A stretch of DNA of 42,839 bases from a bacterium (GTDB taxonomy: Bacteria; SM23-31; JAUVVT01). The notes below the pieces were generated by a model. It ran no database searches. It saw only the letters and a program-made list of their open reading frames with translations, and was not told where the DNA came from. This document shows, in pieces, positions 19,575-29,125 of this stretch. The position numbers were made by a program, and so were the translations under genes. Within the stretch, counting starts at the first letter, position 1, and every line of letters begins with the position of its first letter. The stretch is from contig JAUWXV010000003.1 of NCBI GenBank assembly GCA_030616165.1, positions 1 through 42,839 of the forward strand, given 5' to 3'.

Positions 19575-20501
19575 ATGAAAAAATCAACCGAAGAATTTTG
19601 TAAGATGTTCGGCGAGGATAAAGAAGCATTGGGTAAAATGGTAGAAGGCTATACCTATTTTAAATGGTTAAACTTGTACATTTATCATATGCGAAAGATT
19701 GGAACTACTTTCGCCCCCGATCCGGAAGTGACTCTCCGCTATCCCAAAGAGATAGCAACTCCTGATGCAGATGAGTTGGCACAGATGGCTGCTGCAAAAA
19801 CACTCCCCACTCTCCTTAGTGCCGAAACAAGCACTTATCATAGCAAGGTTGTCAAATTAGATGATGCCAAGAACCTGGTGACTATTAATAAAGAGATCTC
19901 GCTGACTGACCTGGAGACCATTATCCCCTATAAACACGCCCGGGACATCATCTTAAAAAACCCGGAAAATATCGCTGTACTTGACTGTTGTTGCAGGATG
20001 ACGAAAGAAAATCCATGCGAACCTTTGGATGTTTGCTTGTTTGTAGGCGAACCCTTTGTAAGTTTCATACTGGAGCATAATACGAATAATCCTCGAAAAA
20101 TTAGTCAGGGAGAAGCTGTTGAAATTTTAAAGGCTGAGGACGATAGGGGACATATACATACCGCTTGGTTCAAGGATGCTGCGGGAGACAGGTTCTATGC
20201 TATCTGCAATTGCTGTAAATGTTGTTGTGGAGCGATGCGTGCCTTTTTTAGAAATATTCCCATGATCGCTTCCTCGGGCTATGTCAGCGAGATAAGCGAA
20301 GACTGTGATGGCTGCGGAGAATGTGCTGAGTATTGCCAGTTTGGAGCAATCAGCGTCAATGATCGAGCACTGGTAAATTACGAAAAGTGCATGGGCTGTG
20401 GAGTATGTGAGTCAAAGTGTCCCATAGAGGCTATCAGTTTAAAGAGAGATCCAGCCAAGGGTGAACCTTTGGACATCAGGGCACTCAGTGAACAAGTGTG
20501 A
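19575..20501 (+). CDS. Cys-rich 4Fe-4S dicluster domain protein
   Basis: C-terminal CDGCGECAEYC and CMGCGVCESKCP ferredoxin motifs. Extra Cys clusters DCCCR...PC...VC and ICNCCKCCC. AGGAGG RBS. Confidence 0.87.
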   Translation: MKKSTEEFCKMFGEDKEALGKMVEGYTYFKWLNLYIYHMRKIGTTFAPDPEVTLRYPKEIATPDADELAQMAAAKTLPTLLSAETSTYHSKVVKLDDAKNLVTINKEISLTDLETIIPYKHARDIILKNPENIAVLDCCCRMTKENPCEPLDVCLFVGEPFVSFILEHNTNNPRKISQGEAVEILKAEDDRGHIHTAWFKDAAGDRFYAICNCCKCCCGAMRAFFRNIPMIASSGYVSEISEDCDGCGECAEYCQFGAISVNDRALVNYEKCMGCGVCESKCPIEAISLKRDPAKGEPLDIRALSEQV

Positions 20502-20515
20502 AGAAAACTAATATA

Positions 20516-20654
20516 AGCTAAGTCAGATACCTCGCACCTGACCCGCCTCGCTATGGTGTAATTTTGACAGCTATATTTTTGCCGAACATTTATACCGCTT
20601 TTTCAAGTTTCGATGAAATCCAACGGCGGGCTGGTGATTATCAGATCGTTAGGG
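20516..20654 (+). mobile_element. Degenerate integron attC-like site 3
   Basis: AGCTAAG-TCAGATA..CACCTGACCCGCC pairs imperfectly with GGCGGGCTGGTG..TATCAGA..GTTAGGG. It shares GCACCTG(A)CCCGCCTCGCT with site 1 and begins 15 bp after the Fe-S gene stop. Confidence 0.55.
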
Positions 20655-20836
20655 AGCACACAGCAATTTTCAGTGCTTAAAGGAGGTGATGTCGGACAAT
20701 AAAAAAGGCAATGTAATTTCTCAGAAGATATTTTGAGAGAAGTAATCAACTACTACCCACTGCCAATTAATGGGCATAATGGCCTGTGGCAGGGTGGGGT
20801 AGTGAACAAAAACATTTATAAAAAGGAGTAATAAAG

Positions 20837-21316
20837 ATGGCAATTGAAGATACCTTTAACGGTGCCAAGAACGCACAAACCTTCTTCTATGCATACTTCA
20901 ACGCGGTTGCGGAGGAAATAGGCATGGAACGTGCCCTCGCCCTGGTTACCAAGATGGCTGAGTCAATGGGCGCTAAGACGGGCAAGATGATTAAAGAGCA
21001 GTCTGGCGTTGAGGAATTTGACGCCAAATCAGCGGCACTGCAGGTCATAAACATGGCTGAAGGCCTTGGTAACATATTGGAGGTGATAGAGGAAAGCCCT
21101 CAAAAGGTTGTGATCAAGTGCGGCAGGTGCCCCAGTTACGAGGCAGCCCAAGAGGTAGGGCTGGATGCCGAAACCATTGAGGCTGAGTGCCGTGCCAGTG
21201 CTCTCAGGGTTTTGGACACAATGGTTAAGCAACTCAATCCTAATCTCAATTACAAGTTGACGAAGTATCGGTCATCGGCAGATGACTTCTGCGAAGAAGA
21301 AATCGTGCAGGGTTAA
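20837..21316 (+). CDS. ATC-hydrolase-like protein, copy C (no signal peptide)
   Basis: High similarity to residues 36-194 of copy A with the same three Cys. AAGGAG RBS. Confidence 0.72.
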   Translation: MAIEDTFNGAKNAQTFFYAYFNAVAEEIGMERALALVTKMAESMGAKTGKMIKEQSGVEEFDAKSAALQVINMAEGLGNILEVIEESPQKVVIKCGRCPSYEAAQEVGLDAETIEAECRASALRVLDTMVKQLNPNLNYKLTKYRSSADDFCEEEIVQG

Positions 21317-21534
21317 CCATGTTCGTTTCCTGAGCAGGAGTTGTCTACCTGAGATGAAGGAAGGCCTGTTTTGGTCTTATAGCGCCCGGTCCCTGCCAGT
21401 CCTCTGAATGCTGAGAGCGATGGGACGTTAGTTTCATGGGATTTATCTGAGGTGCTGTTTTCAACTGCGACTTGGCGGTCGGCAGCATCTTACCGCTTGG
21501 CGCGGCACATAATCGCAGCCGCACGCCTGAGCAG
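21317..21534. repeat. 218-bp GC-rich direct repeat, copy 2
   Basis: Colinear with 18772-18989. Confidence 0.92.
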
Positions 21535-21560
21535 TATTTCAAACTTTAATTAAAAAGTTC

Positions 21561-21589
21561 TTGACAATACGAATATTTTTTATTATATT
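21561..21589 (+). promoter_or_regulatory. sigma70-type promoter
   Basis: TTGACA (21561-21566), 17-nt spacer, TATATT (21584-21589). Confidence 0.55.
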
Positions 21590-21846
21590 TAAAATATGTT
21601 ATTTTATATAATAACTTAAAAAATGCTTAATTTTATTATTTTAAAAAATATTTTACATTTTTAGAGTATGAAATAATATAAGTTAAATAAAAATAATACC
21701 TCAAAAATTGAAAAATGGGAATTTTGGGAATTTCTGACACAATTCCCCCAAAAATACCTATGAAAATGGGAAATATTCCCAAATTACAATAAAAAATAAT
21801 ACCATCTTTTTTTAATTATCAACCCGTTTAAAAAGGAGAAATAATA

Positions 21847-24204
21847 ATGCGTATTTCGAAAATAATCTTTATTTCCCTGATATCATTTTTACTCTTACCT
21901 GCCCTTTCCATGTCACAGACAATTCAACTTGACGAAATGCCTGCTGGGGACGGCGAATGGGGCTATTGTCCTGCCGAGGGCTCCGTGTCGCAGGTAAATC
22001 CGCCGAGTTTTTCGTGGAGACCGATGGAAAACATAACATGGGAAATTCAATGTGCCCGGGACGAAGAATTCAATAATATTGAGTATAGTGCAGAAAAAGT
22101 TGAATTCAATGTCCATTGTCCTCACCGCACATTCCTGCCGGGTAGTTATACCTGGAGATACCGCGGGAAGAATAAAAACGGAAATAACACAAACTGGAGC
22201 AGGAAGCGGACCTTCACAATCGCGCAAGACGCTTCTTATATGCCTCTCCCAATGCGTGAAGAACTCTTAAAAAGAATTCCGAAAACCCACCCGCGTTTGT
22301 TTTTACGTCCTGAAAATCTTGAGAATCTGCGTGAACTTGCTCGCGGTGAATTGAAGGGCAAATATGACGAATTGGTTAAGAAGTGCGAAGAGATTCTGGC
22401 AAATCCACCCAATCTCGAAGAACCGCCGAAGTATCCGGAGGGAACTGAATCCCTGAGCGAGGTCTGGAGAGAAATCTGGTGGGGCAACCGTGAGCGGACT
22501 ATTACTGCCCTCAACGGCGCAGCTGCACTCGCCTTCACACGCCTTCTCGGAGGTCAGGAGAAATACGGTTTGGAAGCAAAACGAATTCTTTTAGCATGCG
22601 CCAAATGGGACCCAAAAGGCAGTACCGGATACCGTTATAATGACGAGGCAGGAATGCCTTATGCCTATTACTTCTCCAGGACATACACTTTTGTAAACGA
22701 CCTTTTGACAGAGGAGGAAAAGAATTTTTGCCGTCATGTGATGAAAATCCGCGGCGATGAGATGTACAATCACCTCTATCCACGGCATTTGTGGAGACCT
22801 TACTCCAGCCACTCCAACCGTGCCTGGCATTTTTTGGGAGAAGTCGGTGTTGCTTTTCTAAGCGAAATCGAAGGTGCAGATGACTGGGTCTGGTTTGCAA
22901 TGAATGTATTCTTCAATGTTTATCCTGTCTGGAGCGACGACGATGGTGGCTGGCATGAGGGTTCTAATTACTGGCAGAGTTACCAGGGCAGATTTACGTG
23001 GTGGTCAGATGTAATGCGTGAAGCTATGGGAATTAACGCTTATGAAAAACCATATTACTCAAAAGCAGGATACTACGTAATGTATCTTATGCCGCCGGGC
23101 AAGATAGGCGGAGGGCTTGGTGATTTGACGGCTAATTTCACATCAAAAAGATTTGTACCTTTGATGACAACTTTAGCTTCTCAGGCACGCAATCAGCATT
23201 GGCAGTGGTGGGTTGAACAAAACGGAGGCCCAAGACCTGCTGAAGGATACATCGGTTTCATAAGAGGAGCCCTTCCCAAAGTTAAGGCAGAAAAACCGGA
23301 CGACTTGCCTCTTTCACGCGTCCTTTGGGGCACAGGACAGGCTTATCTAAACAGCAGTCTGACTGATGCAGCAAACAGCGTTCAGGTTGTCTTCAAGTCC
23401 AGCCCGTTTGGAACACAGTCTCACGGCTACGAGGCAAACAATTCTTTCCTGTTATGGGGATATGGTAAACGCTTATTAATCCGAACGGGTAGACGTGATA
23501 TTTACGGCAGTGAACACCACAAAAACTGGATGTGGAGTACACGTTCAGTCAACTGCATCAGGATTAACGGTAAAGACCAGCCGAAACGCTCTGCGGCTGC
23601 AAAGGCGAAAATCACCGCATTCAAAACTACACCCTCTATGGATATTGTGGTTGGCGAAACTGAAAACTTCGTCCGTTCGGTAATTTTTGTAAAACCAGAA
23701 CTGATAGTAATCTATGACCGCCTCGAACCGGAAGAACTATCGACATACGAATACTGGCTCCACGCTGTTAACGAAATCAATGTTGAAGACCAGCACAATA
23801 TTCAGGTAATAAATGATGACGTTGTCTGTGATATTGACTTCCTCAGACCGGAAGGATTAACTTTTACTCAAACTGACCAGTATGATCCAAACCCACGTCC
23901 TCGTGTCAAACTGCGTGAATGGCATCTTACTGCAACCACATCAAAGAAAAGTGAAAGAATGGAATTCATAACTCTTTACCGTCCACATCGTGTTGAATAT
24001 AAACTTCCGAAAGATGTAAATATTGAGCAAATCGATGGAGGCTACGCACTTAAGGTGAAACTTTCAGACGGTGAACTTACAGTTCTTCTGCCTACTGATG
24101 ATGAAAAAACTTTAAATGCATTCGGACTAAAAAGCAAAGGTGCTGTCAAAATGCGGCTGATTGATGATACGGGACTGACAAAAATCCTGAGTCTTGAAGA
24201 ATAG
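21847..24204 (+). CDS. Secreted DUF4962/heparinase II/III-like polysaccharide lyase
   Basis: Signal peptide; NPPSFSW N-terminal Ig-like domain; HPRLF; NDEAGM; SHSNRAW; GGWHEGSNYW; FKSSPFGTQSHG...NSF. Confidence 0.8.
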   Translation: MRISKIIFISLISFLLLPALSMSQTIQLDEMPAGDGEWGYCPAEGSVSQVNPPSFSWRPMENITWEIQCARDEEFNNIEYSAEKVEFNVHCPHRTFLPGSYTWRYRGKNKNGNNTNWSRKRTFTIAQDASYMPLPMREELLKRIPKTHPRLFLRPENLENLRELARGELKGKYDELVKKCEEILANPPNLEEPPKYPEGTESLSEVWREIWWGNRERTITALNGAAALAFTRLLGGQEKYGLEAKRILLACAKWDPKGSTGYRYNDEAGMPYAYYFSRTYTFVNDLLTEEEKNFCRHVMKIRGDEMYNHLYPRHLWRPYSSHSNRAWHFLGEVGVAFLSEIEGADDWVWFAMNVFFNVYPVWSDDDGGWHEGSNYWQSYQGRFTWWSDVMREAMGINAYEKPYYSKAGYYVMYLMPPGKIGGGLGDLTANFTSKRFVPLMTTLASQARNQHWQWWVEQNGGPRPAEGYIGFIRGALPKVKAEKPDDLPLSRVLWGTGQAYLNSSLTDAANSVQVVFKSSPFGTQSHGYEANNSFLLWGYGKRLLIRTGRRDIYGSEHHKNWMWSTRSVNCIRINGKDQPKRSAAAKAKITAFKTTPSMDIVVGETENFVRSVIFVKPELIVIYDRLEPEELSTYEYWLHAVNEINVEDQHNIQVINDDVVCDIDFLRPEGLTFTQTDQYDPNPRPRVKLREWHLTATTSKKSERMEFITLYRPHRVEYKLPKDVNIEQIDGGYALKVKLSDGELTVLLPTDDEKTLNAFGLKSKGAVKMRLIDDTGLTKILSLEE

Positions 24205-24487
24205 CCTGACTTGCATTATGTGTAATGGACAAAACTTAATCTGACTAAACCTCCGTATAATTAACTGTCTGTAAAGTATTATTTATACCTTTCAAAAATA
24301 TTTAGCTATTTGGTTTATATGAAATAATTTAAAAATTTGAAAAAAATTCTTGACAATTTCAATGAAATTTATTATTGTAGTTCATATAGCTTAATTGGTT
24401 CAAATATTACTTTTAGTTCAGTTAATATAATTAATGATTACTTTGTTTTTTATTTATTTATAATATAGTAATAAGAGGAACAAACAG

Positions 24488-25051
24488 ATGAAAGATGTTT
24501 TTACAACAACACAGGTAGCTAAAATTTGTGGAACTTCCCGGGTTACAGTAGACCGATGGCTTAACAAAGGCGATTTAAAAGGTTATAGACCTACCCCTAA
24601 TTCTAACTGGAGAGTTACAAAAAAAGAACTTATAAATTTTATGCTATCCAATAATATTCCTACGTATTTGTTAAAGACTAATAAAATAAAAATTCTCATA
24701 GTGGATGATGACGAAAATATAACTTCTTTAATTTCAAAAGTTTTGGAAAAAGAAAGAAATTTAGAAATTGATATAGCAAATTCAGGATTTAAAGCTGGTG
24801 TAAAAATAACAGAATTTAAGCCTGATATAATAATACTTGATATAATCTTAGGTGATATTGATGGTAGAGAATTTTTTCAACATATTAAAGAAGAACCAGA
24901 ATTAAATGGAATAAAAGTTATAGGAATCTCAGGTATAATTGATCCTTCAGAAGAAAAGTCATTGCTTGACCTTGGATTTAGTGATTTTATAAGAAAGCCT
25001 TTTAAGATAAAGGAACTCAAAGATACAGTTTTTAAAGTAATAGAAGGTTAA
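24488..25051 (+). CDS. Response regulator with N-terminal excisionase/MerR-like HTH and C-terminal receiver domain
   Basis: FTTTQVAKICGTSRVTVDRWLNKGDLKG; KILIVDDD...PDIIILD...FIRKPF. Confidence 0.88.
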   Translation: MKDVFTTTQVAKICGTSRVTVDRWLNKGDLKGYRPTPNSNWRVTKKELINFMLSNNIPTYLLKTNKIKILIVDDDENITSLISKVLEKERNLEIDIANSGFKAGVKITEFKPDIIILDIILGDIDGREFFQHIKEEPELNGIKVIGISGIIDPSEEKSLLDLGFSDFIRKPFKIKELKDTVFKVIEG

Positions 25052-25137
25052 TGTTGATAATTAACATGGAAAGAAAGTAAATAACCGGCTTAGTAAATAA
25101 TTTTTTTTACGAAAAAGTTTTACAGAGAAAAACACAT

Positions 25138-25412
25138 ATGAAAGATTGTAAAATTATAATTGTAGAGAATAATATAAAGCTAAGTAGTCTTTATAAAACT
25201 ATAGAAGCTGGGATAGTCATGAAATTAATCAGCCCCTCAATGCCTTGAAAGTAACAACAGATGGAATGTTATACTGAAAAAAACGTGGTTATGAAACTTC
25301 GAAAGAAGAATTAAACCAAAACATTTACTTTATTTCAGGACAGGGAGAGGGAGGCGCATATTTTACTATTTATATACTCGTGGCTTCAAGTAAAAAGGAG
25401 GTGGATTTATGA
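25138..25412 (+). pseudogene. Collapsed sensor histidine kinase remnant
   Basis: Fragments: MKDCKIIIVE (receiver-like start), AGI/HEINQPLNALKV (H-box, frameshifted, His codon 25218-25220) and GEGGAYFTIYILV...DL-TGA (HATPase C-terminus). Its stop overlaps ATG 25409. Confidence 0.7.
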
Positions 25413-26857
25413 AAATTCTGTTGGTTGAGGATGACATTGACTGTAGGCTGAGCCTCGCGAAATTTTTAGAGTGGCATGGGCATAAAGTTATTGAATGTAA
25501 TAATGGGCAAGATGCACTGAATATATTGAATAAAGAAATAATTCATTTGGTTTTGTCAGATATAAGGATGCCTTATATGGACGGGCACGAATTTTTAAGA
25601 CGAATTAAAAAATCTCCACTTTATAAGGATGTGATAGTTATTTTAATCACTGGATATGGCGATGTAAAGGGTGCTGTAAGTGCCTTGCGAGATGGAGCTT
25701 ATGATTATTTACTGAAACCCATAAATCTGGAGGAATTGTCTGTCATTACAGAAAAAATCGCCGAGTACATTATACTCAAACAAGAAAACTTACAGCTTAC
25801 AGAAAACTTTGATCGGCAGTTGAAAGAAGCCACTAAAGATATTAAAAAGGAGTTGAATGACCTTAAAAAAGCTTATGCTCGCGAAGTTGGAACGGCGGAT
25901 ATTGGAATTTTTTCAGACAAACTTCGGCAGGTATTCATAATGGCAAGACGTCTTCATGGCAATCATGATATCCCAGTGCTTATTGAAGGTGAGACCGGGA
26001 CCGGTAAGGAGATTATTGCTCGTTTCATTCACCACGGAGAAGGAGATGTTACTTCTCCATTTGTGGGATTAAACTGTTCTGCTATCAGTCCTACTCTATT
26101 TGAGAGCGAAATGTTTGGTTATGAAGCCGGGGCTTTCACTGGCGGAAAACCAAAAGGGGAAAAAGGAAAACTTGAATTAGCTGAGGGAGGAAGTATATTT
26201 CTCGATGAGATTGGTGATTTGGCATACGACCATCAGGCGAAATTACTCCGGGTTATTCAAGAACGTGAATATTATCGTGTGGGAGGATTGAGAAAATATT
26301 CCACGAATGTACGGTTTATTACTTCAACAAACAAAGATATTAAAAAAATTGTATCTGAAGGCTCATTTCGCGAGGATCTTTATTATCGATTAAATGTAGG
26401 TTATATTAAAATACCGCCTTTGCGTGAACGGCGTGAGGAAATAGTTCCATTAGCACGAATGTTTATCTCACAATTGCGCAAACAAAAAAAGACCCACTTC
26501 AATAAAATCAGTGTTGGTGCTTGTAAAATGTTAGAGGAATATAATTGGCCTGGGAATATCAGGGAACTAAAGAATTCAATGGAACGCCTTGCTTTGTTCT
26601 CAGATGATATAGAAGTAAAACCCAGACATCTGGATTACATCATTCGAAATTATCCTCTTATTAATCGGGAAAATGGATCATTTAAGAGTTTTCAATCAGT
26701 GATTTTTACTTTACCAGAGAAAGGTTTAGACCTTAATAAATTTACATTAGAAATAGTAAAAAAAGCCCTCGCAAAAAATCATGAGAACAGAACAGAAACT
26801 GCAAAGTTTCTTGGTATATCCCGCAGCACTTTATATACTTACATGAAAAAACTTTAA
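25409..26857 (+). CDS. Sigma-54-dependent response regulator, NtrC/AtoC family (REC, AAA+, Fis-HTH)
   Basis: KILLVEDD receiver; GETGTGKE Walker A; ESEMFGYEAGAFTGG; FLDEIG; FREDLYYRLN; WPGNIRELKN; TAKFLGISRSTLY. Confidence 0.95.
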   Translation: MKILLVEDDIDCRLSLAKFLEWHGHKVIECNNGQDALNILNKEIIHLVLSDIRMPYMDGHEFLRRIKKSPLYKDVIVILITGYGDVKGAVSALRDGAYDYLLKPINLEELSVITEKIAEYIILKQENLQLTENFDRQLKEATKDIKKELNDLKKAYAREVGTADIGIFSDKLRQVFIMARRLHGNHDIPVLIEGETGTGKEIIARFIHHGEGDVTSPFVGLNCSAISPTLFESEMFGYEAGAFTGGKPKGEKGKLELAEGGSIFLDEIGDLAYDHQAKLLRVIQEREYYRVGGLRKYSTNVRFITSTNKDIKKIVSEGSFREDLYYRLNVGYIKIPPLRERREEIVPLARMFISQLRKQKKTHFNKISVGACKMLEEYNWPGNIRELKNSMERLALFSDDIEVKPRHLDYIIRNYPLINRENGSFKSFQSVIFTLPEKGLDLNKFTLEIVKKALAKNHENRTETAKFLGISRSTLYTYMKKL

Positions 26858-26970
26858 AAGTGGCAAATAAAACTTGCACTTCATCATCCAGCCTTCACTA
26901 AGTCATCTTTTTTAAACTATCGTTATAACTTTGAATTATACTAAATATAAACTTTCCATCTTTTTTAGTG

Positions 26971-27000
26971 TTGTAGTTATCTGGGCACAGATAACTACAA
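26971..27000. promoter_or_regulatory. Perfect 13-bp inverted repeat, candidate enhancer-binding site
   Basis: TTGTAGTTATCTG-GGCA-CAGATAACTACAA, followed by another TGTAGTTAT half-site at 27002-27010. Confidence 0.5.
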
Positions 27001-27106
27001 ATGTAGTTATTAATACATATCTGTTATATTTTTTTTTGGTGTTATAAAATTTCATTCTTTAAGTAAAAATAGATAGTTGCATAATATTTTTACTTCGTAA
27101 TTTTCT

Positions 27107-27123
27107 TCGGCACTATTCTTGTA
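27107..27123 (+). promoter_or_regulatory. Candidate sigma-54 (-24/-12) promoter
   Basis: TCGGCACTATTCTTGTA: GG-N10-GT, compared with consensus TGGCAC-N5-TTGC. It lies about 110 bp downstream of the palindrome. Confidence 0.45.
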
Positions 27124-27625
27124 TATAACTTCACAAAAATAATATCGAATAAATGGGTGGGATATAAAATTTAACAATAGAAGCAAAATCATAGATAGAA
27201 AATTTGGGCAATACTAAAAACTTTATGAAACGAGTTGCTGAATTGATACATACTTTGCACAATGCAGGTGATGCAGAAACAGCACTCGTGATGATGCGAC
27301 TTTCCAGCAAAAAACTGGTTAATACCGGTTTCGGCTGTGTTGATTTAATAGTTTATTCATGTATTTAGTTATGTTTGTTGCAAGAACAGGTATTACCTGG
27401 TTATACAACACACCCAATGATTGAATGTTATAGAATTGTATAGAGTCAACCGATACTCTGATTATACGCTGATTGTATTCAGTGAGGTCATCTCCAAACA
27501 TTGAGATTTGTGCGATATATAAAGATTCCTGGATTAAAAGGTTTACAGTTACTATACTTATCAATTTATTAACATGTTAACCTTCAAAAAGCAACTTTGT
27601 TATAAAATTATTGCCGGAGAGAAGA

Positions 27626-28066
27626 ATGATTATGAATAATAAAAAGAAAGGCATCCGCGAACTGAACATAGAAATTAACAGGCTCAAATCCGAACTCGAT
27701 AAAACTTACAATTCATTCAAAGAGATGTTAAGTGAACTGGAAGTCAAATTTGAGGAGGTGATGCAGGACAATCAGCCTGTGCTTGTGGAGAGCGATCGAC
27801 CTATGTCAAAAAGAGAAGACCTTTTCAAAGCCACTCTGGAAATGGCAAGAGCAGCATCCCATGAACTTGCACAGCCATTAACGATACTGATTGGTCGATG
27901 TGAACTTCTCAATATGTTAGTTGGCAAAAATCCTGAAATAGCAAAGCATATTGATTCAATACTGTCAAGTGCTAATAGAGTGGCAAAAATTGTTCATAAG
28001 ATACAGTCAATAAACAAAAAAATAGTGGCGCAGTGTGCAGAAACCAGTTCCATTAAAAAAACTTAA
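27626..28066 (+). CDS. Small coiled-coil protein with a HisKA (DHp) domain and no ATPase domain
   Basis: ATLEMARAASHELAQPLTILIGRCELL H-box followed by a stop shortly after the DHp helices. GGAG before ATG 27626. Confidence 0.65.
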   Translation: MIMNNKKKGIRELNIEINRLKSELDKTYNSFKEMLSELEVKFEEVMQDNQPVLVESDRPMSKREDLFKATLEMARAASHELAQPLTILIGRCELLNMLVGKNPEIAKHIDSILSSANRVAKIVHKIQSINKKIVAQCAETSSIKKT

Positions 28067-28224
28067 GAAAAATTCAGATTCCAATTTATCTTTGTAGGTT
28101 TAATCTATGTTCAAAAAAATATAAATAATTTGATACAGAACAGTTATAAGAAATTATACTTAATGTAGTGATATTATGGGAAACTCTATAAATGAATTAG
28201 AATGTATAATAAAATAGGAAAGAA

Positions 28225-28745
28225 ATGTTAAAATAATATATGCTGAACTTAATAATTTTATAGATTTGAAATATGCTTTGGTCGCTTTTATAAATTACAT
28301 CAAGATATTAGCGGATTGTGAGGAAGTGAGTATTCGGCTCCATGATGATGGGGATTATTCCTACTATGTTTATAGTGGTCTTCCTGAGTCATTCATAGAA
28401 AAAATAGCTTATGTGCAAAAGATGAGAATGGAAATATAATACTTTTACCCGATGGGAAAGGTTGTTTGTTGGAATGTATGTGCAGGAATATCATTCGGGG
28501 TGGATTTGATTCCTCTCTACCTTTCTTTACAAAAAAATGGCAGTTTTTGTTTAAATAATACATCTGACTTATTAGCTTTAACGAGTGATGAGGAACGTCA
28601 GAGCAGGACAAGAAACTACTACAATTCATTGGGATATGAATCAGTTGCTTTAGTTCCGCTCAAAGCCGGAGATGAGCGAATTGGGTTGATTCAGTTAAAT
28701 GATAAAATTCAACCGCAAGTTATAAAATTAGCTCAGAGTGAATAA
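28225..28745 (+). pseudogene. Frameshifted GAF-like sensor domain gene
   Basis: Across frames it reads CEEVSIRLHDDGDYSYY...PESFIEK / NSLCAKDENGNI...LECMCRNIIRG.FDSSLPFFT / KNGSF...RTRN....GYESVALVPLKAGDERIGLIQLND. The breaks are at A-runs near 28400 and 28531. Confidence 0.75.
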
Positions 28746-28749
28746 ATAA

Positions 28750-28897
28750 ATGAAAAATCTGTTAATTTATTAATTACTGATTACAAAGAAGAAATTTTAG
28801 ACCTGTTAAAAACTGCTGTTATGACTCAAGGAATAATGCTTATCCTGCGAAAGACGAAGTGGAAGCGATTAATAAAATTAGAGAAAAAGAAGGATAA
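28750..28897 (+). pseudogene. Receiver-domain remnant
   Basis: Broken frames give NLLITDYKEEILDLLKTAV..QG / AYPAKDEVEAINKIREK, resembling the first part of a REC domain. Confidence 0.45.
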
Positions 28898-29125
28898 GAA
28901 AAATTAATTACCTGAAAATTGCTATAGTGAAAAATTGAATATATAATATGAAGTTTATATTTAAAATAAAATAAGGGTTGGAGATACTGAAATTGAAAGC
29001 AAGAAGAATGAAGAAGATATAATAAAAATTAATTTAAAGGAGAAGTATAACAATATGGATATTCAGCGTATGATGTTAAAAGGATTAATTTACCGGATGA
29101 ATCCAAAAAATTTTTAGGGGAAAGC

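Noticed and set aside
20745-20805. Imperfect hairpin ACTACCCACTGCCA/TGGCAGGGTGGGGTAGT as an IS200/IS605 or HEARO-type end
   Set aside because: The resemblance is too weak and no tnpA, tnpB or iscB gene is nearby.
21345-21542. 65-aa minus-strand ORF in the 218-bp repeat
   Set aside because: Differences between the two copies are mostly non-synonymous in this frame, and there is no good start.
26860-26880. TGGCA...TTGCA as a sigma-54 promoter
   Set aside because: GG-to-GC spacing is 12 nt rather than the required 10.
27319-27564. 81-aa minus-strand ORF
   Set aside because: No motif or RBS; it lies in a decayed region whose other remnants are all on the plus strand.
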